DNA of 64,000 nucleotides. Origin: an uncultured Pelagibacteraceae bacterium (lineage in GTDB: Bacteria > Pseudomonadota > Alphaproteobacteria > Pelagibacterales > Pelagibacteraceae). The notes under the pieces are model-generated. The model did not search any database. It was given only the letters and a program-made list of their open reading frames with translations, and was not told the DNA's origin. A program made the translations under genes and the position numbers. Positions 39,257 through 48,654 of this stretch are shown piece by piece; within the stretch, counting starts at the first letter, position 1; every line of letters starts with the position of its first letter. The DNA lies in the NCBI GenBank assembly GCA_902622955.1, contig CACNRP010000001.1:33543-97542 (forward strand), read 5' to 3'.

Positions 39257-40699
39257 ATGTACGAAAAATTTGGACAATTTATTGATGGCAAATGGCAACA
39301 AGCTGAAAAAAAAGAAACTTATGATGTAATCAATCCTGCAACAGAAGAAGTTATAGGAAAAGCTTCAAAAGCTTCATCAATTGAAGTTCAAAAAGCATTA
39401 AAATCTGCAGAAAAAGGTTTGGAAATTTGGAAAAATACACCACCTTGGCAAAGAGCTTATGTTCTAAGAAAAATTGCTGATTTAATGAGAGAAAGAAAAG
39501 ATGTGCTTGCTAAATGGTTAACTCTTGAAGTAGGAAAGCCATTTGCTGAAGCTATTGGTGAAGTTGGTGGCGGTGCTGATATTTTTGAATGGAATGCTGA
39601 AGAAACAAAAAGAATTTATGGTCAAACGCAGCAAAGTAGATTTCCGGATACAAGAGTCCATGTTTATTATCAACCAGTGGGAGTGGTAGCTGCTTTAGTT
39701 CCTTGGAATTTTCCAATAGTCCTAGCTTCAAGAAAAATATCTACTTCTTTAGCAGCTGGTTGTTCTGTTATATGTAAACCAGATGTAATTACTCCTGGAG
39801 CTGTAATGGAATTAGTTAATATTTGTAAAGAAGCTGGTGTGCCAGATGGAGTGGTAAACCTTTTATCAGGTGATCCTGCAGAAGTATCAAATGAATTAAT
39901 GGAATCAGATATAATTAAAAAAGTTTCAGTCACTGGCTCAACAAGAGTTGGTAAAATAATTTTAAAAAAGGCTGCTGACAAAGTTCAAAGAGTAACAATG
40001 GAACTTAGCGGACATTCTCCTTTTATAGTTTGTGAGGATGTAGATATGAATAAAGTTGCTGATATAGCAATAACTGGAAAATTTCGAAACAATGGTCAAG
40101 TCTGTATTTCTCCCAATAGATTTTATATCCAAGAAAATAGAAAAGATGAGTTTGTTAATGCTTTTATAGAAAGAGCAAAAAAATTAAAAATTGGGAATGG
40201 TATGGATGAAGGTGTTGATTTGGGACCTTTAACTACCGCTAAAAGATTGGAAGAAATAGAAAAACTAGTTGAAACAACTAAAAAAGAAGGAGCTAAAATA
40301 TTGATGGGTGGGCAAAGGCCTTCTGGCTTCAATAAAGGATATTATTACGAACCAACAGTATTTGATGATGTAAAAGATAATTTTACAATCATGAAAGAAG
40401 AACCTTTTGGTCCGCTAGTTCCAATTTTAACTTTTAAAACTTTTGATGAAGTAATTGAGAGAGCAAATGATAACGACTTAGGACTATGTAGTTACTTGTA
40501 TACAAATTCTATGGATAAAGCACATATTGGATCTGAAAAATTAGAGTCTGGTTGTGTTGCAGTTAATACTGGTGTTGTTGCAATTGCGGAGGCTCCTTTT
40601 GGTGGAATAAAACAAACTGGTTATGGACGTGAAGGTGGATCAGGCGCTATTAAAGATTATCTAAATGTAAAATATACCCACATGGGCCTAAAAATATAA
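39257..40699 (+). CDS. NAD-dependent aldehyde dehydrogenase (succinate/alpha-ketoglutaric semialdehyde dehydrogenase-like)
   Basis: PWNFP, TGSTRVG, MELSGHSP, NNGQVCISP, EEPFGP, PFGGIKQTGYGREG; lacks the IolA/MmsA GAKNH/GERCMA signatures. Confidence 0.88.
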   Translation: MYEKFGQFIDGKWQQAEKKETYDVINPATEEVIGKASKASSIEVQKALKSAEKGLEIWKNTPPWQRAYVLRKIADLMRERKDVLAKWLTLEVGKPFAEAIGEVGGGADIFEWNAEETKRIYGQTQQSRFPDTRVHVYYQPVGVVAALVPWNFPIVLASRKISTSLAAGCSVICKPDVITPGAVMELVNICKEAGVPDGVVNLLSGDPAEVSNELMESDIIKKVSVTGSTRVGKIILKKAADKVQRVTMELSGHSPFIVCEDVDMNKVADIAITGKFRNNGQVCISPNRFYIQENRKDEFVNAFIERAKKLKIGNGMDEGVDLGPLTTAKRLEEIEKLVETTKKEGAKILMGGQRPSGFNKGYYYEPTVFDDVKDNFTIMKEEPFGPLVPILTFKTFDEVIERANDNDLGLCSYLYTNSMDKAHIGSEKLESGCVAVNTGVVAIAEAPFGGIKQTGYGREGGSGAIKDYLNVKYTHMGLKI

Positions 40700-40702
40700 A
40701 TA

Positions 40703-41494
40703 ATGAGAAAAAATAAAGTTAAAGAAATGATGAAAGCAGGTAAACCTGTGATAAACGGTTGGCTCCAAATACCTAGTACAGTTTCAGCCGAGGTAATGGC
40801 CCATCAAGGTTGGGATTCTCTTACAATTGATATGCAGCATGGCTTAGTTGATTATTCTAACGCACTTCCAATGTTACAAACAATATCTTCAACAGAAGTT
40901 ACCCCTTTAGCTAGAGTAAATTGGAATGAGCCGGGTCAAATAATGAAAATCCTTGATGCAGGTTGTTATGGAATTATATGCCCAATGGTAAGTAATAAAG
41001 AAGAAGCAGAAAGTTTTGTTCAAGCTTGTATGTACCCTCCTCGTGGTTATAGAAGTTTTGGTCCCGTTAGAGGATTAATCTATGGTGGTTCAGATTATGC
41101 AAAACATTCAAATGATGAGATGCTAAAATTAGCTATGATTGAAACAAAAGAGTCTTTAGAAAAATTAGATGATATTATGTCAACTCCTGGTGTTGATGGG
41201 GTATATATTGGGCCAGCTGATTTAAGTTTGGCAATAGGTGAAGAGCCAGGTTTTGATAGAGCAGAAAACACAAAAGCTTATTCAGAAATATTAAGAATAT
41301 TAGAACACGCAAAAAAAAATAATATTTTTGCTGGAATTCATAATGGTACACCAGAGTATGCACAAAAAATGATTGATAAAGGTTTTAATTTTGTAACCAT
41401 TGGAGCTGATCAAAGAGCATTGAGCGCGGGTGCTAAAGCAGTGGTAGAAAAAATGAAAGGTTCTTCAAAAGAAGAGGAGTCTAAAGCTTACTAA
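40703..41494 (+). CDS. HpcH/HpaI class II pyruvate aldolase
   Basis: IDMQHG, LDAG, YPPRGYRSFGP, MIET, YIGPADL. Confidence 0.92.
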   Translation: MRKNKVKEMMKAGKPVINGWLQIPSTVSAEVMAHQGWDSLTIDMQHGLVDYSNALPMLQTISSTEVTPLARVNWNEPGQIMKILDAGCYGIICPMVSNKEEAESFVQACMYPPRGYRSFGPVRGLIYGGSDYAKHSNDEMLKLAMIETKESLEKLDDIMSTPGVDGVYIGPADLSLAIGEEPGFDRAENTKAYSEILRILEHAKKNNIFAGIHNGTPEYAQKMIDKGFNFVTIGADQRALSAGAKAVVEKMKGSSKEEESKAY

Positions 41495-41518
41495 GATTAT
41501 TTTCTAAATATCTTCATT

Positions 41519-42475
41519 ATGAAAAAAATTCTTATCATTCAAGATATTAATGAGAAAGGCAAACAATTATTAACTAATCATTCTGATTATGAATTTGAAG
41601 TTATAGATGATGTAAATAACCCTGAGTTAAAAAATAAAATCGTGGATTGTGATGGGGCATCACTTAGGACAGGAAAATTACCTGGTGAAATAATAAATCT
41701 TGGAAAAAAACTTAAAATTATTTCTAGACACGGAGTGGGATACGATAACATTGATCTTGAAACCTGTAAAAAAAATGGAATTGAAATTGCAATTACTGCA
41801 ACAGCGAATGCTGTAGCTGTAGCTGAACATGTAATGTTTATGTTGTTAAATATTTCAAAAAGAAAAAATATGTATGACGATTGTGTGAAAAATGGAAATT
41901 TTACTGATAGAAATAAATTACCAAAAACGCAAGAAATTTGGGGTAAAAATATTTTAATTGCAGGATTTGGTCGAATTGGTCAAAGTTTAATTAAACGATG
42001 TCTAGGTTTTGAAATGAATGTATTTGTATATGATCCTTTTGTTTCATCTAAAAAAATTGAGTCCCTTGGTGGAAAAAAAGTAGAGGGCTTTAAAGACTCA
42101 GTAAAAATTATGGATGCTTTATCCTTACACATACCTCTTAACGATGAAACAAAAAATATGATTAATTATGATTTGCTTAAAACAATGAAAAAAAATTGTA
42201 TAATAATAAATGCAGCTAGAGGCGGTATAATCAATGAAAATGATCTTGATAAAGCGCTAAACGATAATTTAATTTTTGGTGCTGGCTTAGATGTATTTGA
42301 GACAGAACCACCAAAAAATGACAATCCACTTCTTAAGAATGATAAAGTTTTTTTAAGCCCTCATACTGCTGCTTTTACTGAAGAATGTATGATACGTATG
42401 GCTAAAGAAACAACTCAAAATATTATTGATTTTTTTGAAAACAAATTAGATAAATCAAAAATTGTTAAACTATAA
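41519..42475 (+). CDS. D-2-hydroxyacid dehydrogenase (SerA/hydroxypyruvate reductase-like)
   Basis: RHGVGYDNID, AVAEH, GFGRIG, NAARGG, LDVFETEPP, SPHTA. Confidence 0.9.
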   Translation: MKKILIIQDINEKGKQLLTNHSDYEFEVIDDVNNPELKNKIVDCDGASLRTGKLPGEIINLGKKLKIISRHGVGYDNIDLETCKKNGIEIAITATANAVAVAEHVMFMLLNISKRKNMYDDCVKNGNFTDRNKLPKTQEIWGKNILIAGFGRIGQSLIKRCLGFEMNVFVYDPFVSSKKIESLGGKKVEGFKDSVKIMDALSLHIPLNDETKNMINYDLLKTMKKNCIIINAARGGIINENDLDKALNDNLIFGAGLDVFETEPPKNDNPLLKNDKVFLSPHTAAFTEECMIRMAKETTQNIIDFFENKLDKSKIVKL

Positions 42476-43369
42476 ATTAATTTCTAAACCAATTTTTTTA
42501 CAAACATTTGATAGATAATTACGTCCTATTCTAGCGTATTCTAGTGGATTTGCTTTAGCCGGATCTTGCTCTGCCTCAACCACAAGCCAACCATTATAAT
42601 TATTTTTTTTTAGAAAAGTTAATAAGGGTTCATAATCAATAAAACCATCTCCTGGAACTGTAAACGCTCCTTCTAAAAAGGCTTGTCGAAAACTAAAATC
42701 TTCTTTTAATGATTTTTCTAAGACTTTTTTTCTCATGTCTTTGCAGTGAACATGAATAATTCTTTCTATAAAATTATTTGCTATTTCAATAGAATTTCCT
42801 CCTGCAAAAAGCATATGACCAGTATCTAGTATCAGCTTTACATGGTCAGAAGTGTTTTCTAAAAGTCTTTCAGTATCTTGTTGTGTCTCAATAACTGTTC
42901 CCATGTGATGATGGTAAGCTAGTGGCATACCTTGGTCTTCAAGGTATTTTCCAATTTCAGAAATTTTTTTACAATAATTGATCCATTCATCATTAGTCAT
43001 TTTTGGTCTAGTAGATAAAGGTCTTTTAGGACTACCAGCAATAGAATCAGAAACCTCTGCAAATACAATACATGGTGCTTTACAATCTTGAAAAAGTTTT
43101 AATTGATCTTGAATTAATTCTATTTCTTCTTTTACTGAATTTATTCTTAAATTTGCTCCATACCATCCTGAACATAATTTTAAATTATATTTATCTAATA
43201 AAGGAATTAATTCGTTTGATTTTTTTGGAAACTTACCTCCAGACTCAATTCCTGAGAATCCTGCTTCACTCGCTTCTGAAAGACACTGCTCAAGAGGTGT
43301 ATCACCACCAAGCTCAGGCATATCATCATTGCTCCATGCTATGGGTGCTATTCCTAATTTTACTGACAT
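42470..43369 (-). CDS. iolE: myo-Inosose-2 dehydratase
   Basis: GIAPIAWSNDDMP, YHHHMGT, DTGH, HVHCKD, FTVPGDG, VVEAEQDP; start at ATG 43369. Confidence 0.95.
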   Translation of the reverse strand: MSVKLGIAPIAWSNDDMPELGGDTPLEQCLSEASEAGFSGIESGGKFPKKSNELIPLLDKYNLKLCSGWYGANLRINSVKEEIELIQDQLKLFQDCKAPCIVFAEVSDSIAGSPKRPLSTRPKMTNDEWINYCKKISEIGKYLEDQGMPLAYHHHMGTVIETQQDTERLLENTSDHVKLILDTGHMLFAGGNSIEIANNFIERIIHVHCKDMRKKVLEKSLKEDFSFRQAFLEGAFTVPGDGFIDYEPLLTFLKKNNYNGWLVVEAEQDPAKANPLEYARIGRNYLSNVCKKIGLEINL

Positions 43370-43409
43370 AATATATTTATTTGTTATGATATATAAAAAC
43401 AAACAATCA

Positions 43410-44543
43410 ATGAAAACAAATAAATTATCTTTAGGTATTGTTGGTGGAGGTCCTAAATCTTGGATTGGTCATGTTCATAGAATTTCTGCAAGATTTGATG
43501 ATAAATATGAAATAGTTGCAGGAGTATTTTCAAGAAATGAAAAGTTATCTAAAAACTTTGCAAAAAGCTTAGGTATATCAGCTGATAGGTGTTACTCAAA
43601 TTATTTTGAAATGGCTAACAAAGAGTCCAAAAGAAAAGATGGAATAAAAGTTGTTACTATTATGACGCCACCATCTAGCCATCAAGTTATAGCTGAAAAA
43701 TTTATAGAAAAAAATGTGCATGTAATTTCAGACAAACCATTTGCTGGAAATCTTGAGCAAGCTAAAAAATTATATAGAAAAATCAAAGCAAATAAAAAAA
43801 TAAAATATGCTCTTACCCATAATTACTCAGCTTATCCAATGGTAAGAGAAGCAAAAAAATTAGTTGAAAAAGGTAAGATTGGAAAAGTTGAGTATGTTAA
43901 TGTTGAATATATTCAAGATTGGTCTGGTGGAACGAAAATTAATTCAAAAAATGCAAAAAGAAAACTTAAATGGAAAATTGATAATAAGATAGTAGGAGCA
44001 TCTGCAGTGTTAAATGAAATTGGAACCCATGCATACCATTTAGCTTCATATATTTCGGGTTTAAAAGGACAAAAAGTTTTTGCAGATATAAAACAAATAT
44101 CAAAAAAAATTAAAATGGATGATAATGCGCAAGTAATGATTAATTTTAACAACGGCGCAAAAGGAATGTTTTGGACAAGTGTAATGGCTAAAGGTGGTGT
44201 TTATGGTTTAAGAATTAGAGTATTTGGTTCAAAAGGTAGCTTAGAATGGGTACAAAATGATCCTAATTATCTTAAATTCAATCCAGAAAAAGGTGCTGTA
44301 AAATTATTAGAAAGGGGATTTCATAATTCAGGATTTTCAAAGCAATTTTCAAGAATAAAATTTGGTCATCCAGAAGGCTACCTTGATGCTTTTGCTAATA
44401 TTTATAAAGAGTTTGCAGATTCTTTAAAAAATAAAACAAAAAAAAGATATTTTTATCCAAATGAAGATGAGGGTTTAGAAACGGCAAAGTTTATTAGTGC
44501 GTGTAAAATTTCTTCAAGAAGTAAAAGATGGGTAAAAATATAA
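43410..44543 (+). CDS. Gfo/Idh/MocA oxidoreductase (inositol-cluster type)
   Basis: GIVGGG..WIGHVHR, DKP, YSAYPMVR, IGTHA, GHPEGYLDAFANIY; start at ATG 43410. Confidence 0.88.
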   Translation: MKTNKLSLGIVGGGPKSWIGHVHRISARFDDKYEIVAGVFSRNEKLSKNFAKSLGISADRCYSNYFEMANKESKRKDGIKVVTIMTPPSSHQVIAEKFIEKNVHVISDKPFAGNLEQAKKLYRKIKANKKIKYALTHNYSAYPMVREAKKLVEKGKIGKVEYVNVEYIQDWSGGTKINSKNAKRKLKWKIDNKIVGASAVLNEIGTHAYHLASYISGLKGQKVFADIKQISKKIKMDDNAQVMINFNNGAKGMFWTSVMAKGGVYGLRIRVFGSKGSLEWVQNDPNYLKFNPEKGAVKLLERGFHNSGFSKQFSRIKFGHPEGYLDAFANIYKEFADSLKNKTKKRYFYPNEDEGLETAKFISACKISSRSKRWVKI

Positions 44544-45541
44544 TCAACATTGCGTTATTTGGACTTGGCAGAATTGGTCAAATGCACGCCGACAACCTTT
44601 TAAATCATAAAGATTTTAATTTGAAATATATTTTTGATAAAGATCAAAAATTATCTAAAAAACTATCTAAAAAATATAACTCTATCAGTATTCAAAATCC
44701 AAAAATTGCTTATAAAGATAAAAATATTAAATGTATATTTATAGCATCAAGTACAAATACACATTTAAAATTTATTGAAGAAGCGGTTATAAATAACAAA
44801 GTTGTGTTTTGTGAAAAACCTCTGGATCTTGATTTAAAAAAAATTAATAAGTGTAAAAAAATAATCTTAAAATATAACCCAAAAATTCAAATCGGATTTA
44901 ATAGAAGGTATGACCCAGCACATAATTCTTTAAATCAGAACTTACAAAAAGGAAAAATAGGTAAATTAGAAAAAATAATCATTACTAGCAGAGATCCTGA
45001 GCCTCCACCTATAAATTATTTAAAAACATCTGGAGGCATATTTAAGGATATGATGATACATGATTTTGATTTAGCAAGATTTTATGCTGGAAAGGATGAA
45101 TTTGAGTCCATATTTGCTACTGGACAACGATTTTCAGATACAAAACTAAAAAAAATAAATGATTTAGATTTAGCGACTGTGGTTATGAAAACTAAAAAAG
45201 GAGTGCAATGTATTATTACTAATTCTAGACATTGTAGTTTTGGATATGATCAAAGAATTGAACTTTTTGGTTCTAAAGGTATGATTATTTCAGATAATCA
45301 AAGAGACTTAGAAACAGTTTTATATTCAAAAAATTCGACTGATAACAAAACTCAATTAAAAAATTTTTTTATTGAACGATATTCTGAGGCCTACAAAATT
45401 CAACTAAATGATTTAGTAAAGATTTGTAAAAAAAATTCTAAACCTCTAGCTAACTTTGATGATGGGCGAAAATCTCTAATTTTAGCCGAAACAGCAAAAA
45501 AATCTTTTAAATCAAAGCAATTTGAAAAGATACAATTTTAA
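44528..45541 (+). CDS. iolG: Inositol 2-dehydrogenase
   Basis: GLGRIGQMH, FCEKP, GFNRRYD, ITSRDP, SGGIFKDMMIHDFD, GYDQRIE. Confidence 0.92.
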   Translation: MGKNIINIALFGLGRIGQMHADNLLNHKDFNLKYIFDKDQKLSKKLSKKYNSISIQNPKIAYKDKNIKCIFIASSTNTHLKFIEEAVINNKVVFCEKPLDLDLKKINKCKKIILKYNPKIQIGFNRRYDPAHNSLNQNLQKGKIGKLEKIIITSRDPEPPPINYLKTSGGIFKDMMIHDFDLARFYAGKDEFESIFATGQRFSDTKLKKINDLDLATVVMKTKKGVQCIITNSRHCSFGYDQRIELFGSKGMIISDNQRDLETVLYSKNSTDNKTQLKNFFIERYSEAYKIQLNDLVKICKKNSKPLANFDDGRKSLILAETAKKSFKSKQFEKIQF

Positions 45542-45619
45542 GATAACTGCTGCGAAAATTTTGCATTTGTAAATAAATACAATTGATAGTTAAATAATTT
45601 AATAAACAAAGGATATAAA

Positions 45620-45943
45620 ATGGCTAAATACTATGTAATGGGAAACTACACTCCGCAGGCTTTTAAAGGTTTCATTGGAAATCCAAACCAAGATAGAGCC
45701 GCTGCAGCAACTGCATTATCTGAAGCAGTTGGTGGCAAAATGGAGTCGTTTGCTATAACGAGAGGTTCATTTGATTTTGTTGGAGTTGTAAGTGGTACCA
45801 GTTTTGAAGGAGCAGCTGCAGTTAAGTTAGCAGTAGAAGCATCGGGTGCTATTACTAATTTTACTATTTTAGAAGAAATGGATATGGGTAAAGCTTCTGA
45901 AATGGCAGCTAAAGCAATGTCAAATTATAAACCAGCAGGTTAA
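45620..45943 (+). CDS. GYD domain-containing protein
   Basis: YTPQ..KG, DR, GGKMESF..TRGSFD pattern; strong SD AAAGGA. Confidence 0.8.
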   Translation: MAKYYVMGNYTPQAFKGFIGNPNQDRAAAATALSEAVGGKMESFAITRGSFDFVGVVSGTSFEGAAAVKLAVEASGAITNFTILEEMDMGKASEMAAKAMSNYKPAG

Positions 45944-45948
45944 ATTAT

Positions 45949-45978
45949 TTAACTTCCAGTTGGGTAGCTGGAAGTTAA
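45949..45978. terminator. Hairpin terminator between convergent GYD and PhyH genes
   Basis: TTAACTTCCAGT-tgggta-GCTGGAAGTTAA. Confidence 0.75.
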
Positions 45979-46811
45979 CTTTTTTCAAATAAAGTTGGAA
46001 ACATTTTGCCGTCCACAGAATCTCCATTTTTATATCCAGCATCCTGCATAGCTTTTCTATAATTAAAACTTGTCCAGTCACCATCATAACTAATTTTTGA
46101 CCCCTCTTTTGCTACTCTTAAGGTGTAGCGGCTTAAAGTTTTTTTTGGAATAATTTCATTTAAAGATCCATGAAGAGATCTCATGTCAAAAACAACTGCA
46201 TCTCCTAATTCACAGTCCCATTGTAAAAATTCATATTTACTTTTATTACCTAATATATCAGGTGGAAGTTCATATTTTTTTCCATTAACAATACACTCAT
46301 CTCCCTCTATTTTGTGTCCATCTTTAAACAAAATTCTTAAGAATAGTTTATTCCATAAATGAGAACCTTTAACCCAAACAACTCCCTCATCTTTTTTTGT
46401 CTCTTGAAGTGGAAGCCACAACACACACATAGATCCATCCATATCAAAATAACTTATATCATGATGAAAGGGTGTAAAAGATTTAGAACCAGCTTCTCTA
46501 AGAAACCAATTATCCATTACCAAATTTATTTTTTTTGCTGACATTAATTCTGAGGCAATTTGTCCATAAGGTGAATTAAAAACAAAATCTTTAAATTCAG
46601 GAACAAGATGCCACGTCCAATAGTCTTCCAAGTAAGCTGGAACATTTTTTTTAACCGTATGAGATTTAAATCTCGGACTTGGATTCTTTATATCTCTTTC
46701 GATTCCTTTTTGAAGCTTATTTATCCAAGACACATCAAATTTATTTTTTAAAAATATAGCACCGTCTTGATTAAATTTATTAATTTCAAGCTGGGAAAGA
46801 ATTTTCTTCAT
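45975..46811 (-). CDS. Phytanoyl-CoA dioxygenase (PhyH) family Fe(II)/2OG oxygenase
   Basis: FNQDG, TPFHHD (HxD), WLPL, GSHLW, GDAVVFDMRSLHG; start at ATG 46811. Confidence 0.85.
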   Translation of the reverse strand: MKKILSQLEINKFNQDGAIFLKNKFDVSWINKLQKGIERDIKNPSPRFKSHTVKKNVPAYLEDYWTWHLVPEFKDFVFNSPYGQIASELMSAKKINLVMDNWFLREAGSKSFTPFHHDISYFDMDGSMCVLWLPLQETKKDEGVVWVKGSHLWNKLFLRILFKDGHKIEGDECIVNGKKYELPPDILGNKSKYEFLQWDCELGDAVVFDMRSLHGSLNEIIPKKTLSRYTLRVAKEGSKISYDGDWTSFNYRKAMQDAGYKNGDSVDGKMFPTLFEKS

Positions 46812-46847
46812 ATTATTAATATAAGAATATAATATAAAATACATCAA

Positions 46848-47840
46848 ATGAATATTCTTAAAGATAATTTTGGAAGAACATTTCCCTACATCAGAATGTC
46901 AATAACAGATATATGTAATTTTAAATGTGGCTATTGTTTACCAAATGGCTATCAAGTCGATAAAAGTGATACAAGAAAATTTCTTCATTTAAATGAAATA
47001 AGAAGACTATCTAAATGCTTTTCTCTTTTGGGTGTTAATAAAATCAGAATAACTGGAGGAGAACCCACAGTAAGAAAAGACTTTTTTGATATTATTAAAG
47101 TTTTAAAATTTGACTCAGAAATTGAAAATATAGCTATAACTACAAATGGATATCATTTAGACCAAAAAGCAAAATTGCTAGCAAAAAGTGGTCTTACTGG
47201 AATAAACATAAGTATAGATAGTTTAAATCAAGAAACGTTTAAAAATATAACTGGTCACGATAGGCTGCCAGAAATTTTAAACGGAATTGAAATTTTACAA
47301 GATATTGGTTTTAAAAATATTAAAATTAATGCTGTACTTTTAAATGGAGTAAATTCATCAAGAAAAGATTTTGATGAATGGTCAAAGTTTATTGAAAAAA
47401 ATAAAATTGATTTAAGGTATATAGAGTTGATGAGGACTGGGGATAATTTAGAATATTTTAAAAAATATCACATCTCATCTAAAATATTTAAAGAATATTT
47501 GGATGAAAATAAATGGATACACCAAACATTTGGTAAAGATGCTGGACCATCTTTAAATTACATAAACCCTCAATATAAAGGTAAATTTGGTATTATTGCT
47601 CCTTACTCAAAAGATTTTTGTAAATCATGTAATAGATTACGAATTACATCAAGAGCAGATTTAAGACTCTGTTTATTTGGAAATACAGGTATAAATTTAA
47701 GACACTTGTTACAAAAAGATGATCAGTTAGAAGAATTAAGAGATTTAATATTAAAACAAATGCAGTTCAAAAAAGAGTCTCATTATTTAGAATTAGGTGA
47801 TACTGGCTCAACAAAAAATTTGTCAAAAACTGGAGGATAA
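46848..47840 (+). CDS. moaA: GTP 3',8-cyclase
   Basis: CNFKCGYC radical-SAM motif, TGGEP, FCKSCNRLR...CLF, C-terminal GG. Confidence 0.96.
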   Translation: MNILKDNFGRTFPYIRMSITDICNFKCGYCLPNGYQVDKSDTRKFLHLNEIRRLSKCFSLLGVNKIRITGGEPTVRKDFFDIIKVLKFDSEIENIAITTNGYHLDQKAKLLAKSGLTGINISIDSLNQETFKNITGHDRLPEILNGIEILQDIGFKNIKINAVLLNGVNSSRKDFDEWSKFIEKNKIDLRYIELMRTGDNLEYFKKYHISSKIFKEYLDENKWIHQTFGKDAGPSLNYINPQYKGKFGIIAPYSKDFCKSCNRLRITSRADLRLCLFGNTGINLRHLLQKDDQLEELRDLILKQMQFKKESHYLELGDTGSTKNLSKTGG

Positions 47841-47841
47841 A

Positions 47842-48384
47842 TTGAAATTAAAAGTAATTAATCAAAATACATTAAAAGATTGGGCTAAAGAAATTTTTAA
47901 AGATAATTCTTTTCATATGGTTGATGTCTCTTCAAAAAAAGAAACTTTCAGAAGAGCATTAGCTTCAGGTAAAATATTTGTTGGAGAAGAAGTTTTTAAC
48001 CTAATTAAGAATAAGACTATGCCTAAAGGAGATCCTTTATCTTTAGCTGAAGTAGCAGCTGTATTGGGAGTAAAAAAAACTAGTGAATTAATACCTTTAT
48101 GCCACCCTTTGGCAATTGACCATACCGCTAGTAAAATAATTATGAATGAAGAAGATAACTCCTTAGAGGTATTTTGTGTTGTATCTACTTATTCTAAAAC
48201 TGGTGTAGAAATGGAAGCAATAATGGGTGTTAATGCAGCTTTAATTACTATTTATGATTTAAGCAAGATAGTTAACCCAAATCTTAAAATTGATAATATT
48301 AGGTTATTGATAAAAGAAGGCGGGAAAAGTGGTTTATGGAAAAACCCAGAGGGTATCCCAGAATTTTTAAAAGATTTATTTTAA
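47842..48384 (+). CDS. moaC: Cyclic pyranopterin monophosphate synthase
   Basis: MVDVSSK, KGD, LIPLCHP, TGVEMEA, GGKSG; probable TTG start at 47842 after GGAGG. Confidence 0.93.
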   Translation: MKLKVINQNTLKDWAKEIFKDNSFHMVDVSSKKETFRRALASGKIFVGEEVFNLIKNKTMPKGDPLSLAEVAAVLGVKKTSELIPLCHPLAIDHTASKIIMNEEDNSLEVFCVVSTYSKTGVEMEAIMGVNAALITIYDLSKIVNPNLKIDNIRLLIKEGGKSGLWKNPEGIPEFLKDLF

Positions 48385-48654
48385 ATGAAAATTAAAGTAG
48401 AGCTTTTTGGAGCATCAAGAGAATTTAGCAAAGATAATCTGATAGAATTTGAAATTAAAAATAATTCGACGATAAAAAATATAAGGGATAAAATGATAAT
48501 CTACCTAGACCAAAATTTTAATGGTAATAAAGATTTTAAAAAAATTGTAGAAAATTCTGTATTTTGTACTGAAAATAATAATATTGTGAGCGACAATTAT
48601 AAAATAACAAAAAATCAAAAGATTGCTATTATCCCCCCTATTGGAGGAGGATAA
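48385..48654 (+). CDS. moaD: Molybdopterin synthase sulfur carrier subunit
   Basis: IKVELFG start, C-terminal IPPIGGG. Confidence 0.9.
   Translation: MKIKVELFGASREFSKDNLIEFEIKNNSTIKNIRDKMIIYLDQNFNGNKDFKKIVENSVFCTENNNIVSDNYKITKNQKIAIIPPIGGG

Noticed and set aside
39257-40699. ALDH as IolA/MmsA (malonate semialdehyde dehydrogenase, CoA-acylating)
   Set aside because: Lacks the GAKNH and AGERCMA signatures; motifs match the SSADH/KGSADH type
45566-45582. TTTGTAAA...TACAA upstream of the GYD gene as a RamB site
   Set aside because: Single copy in AT-rich DNA; not distinguishable from background
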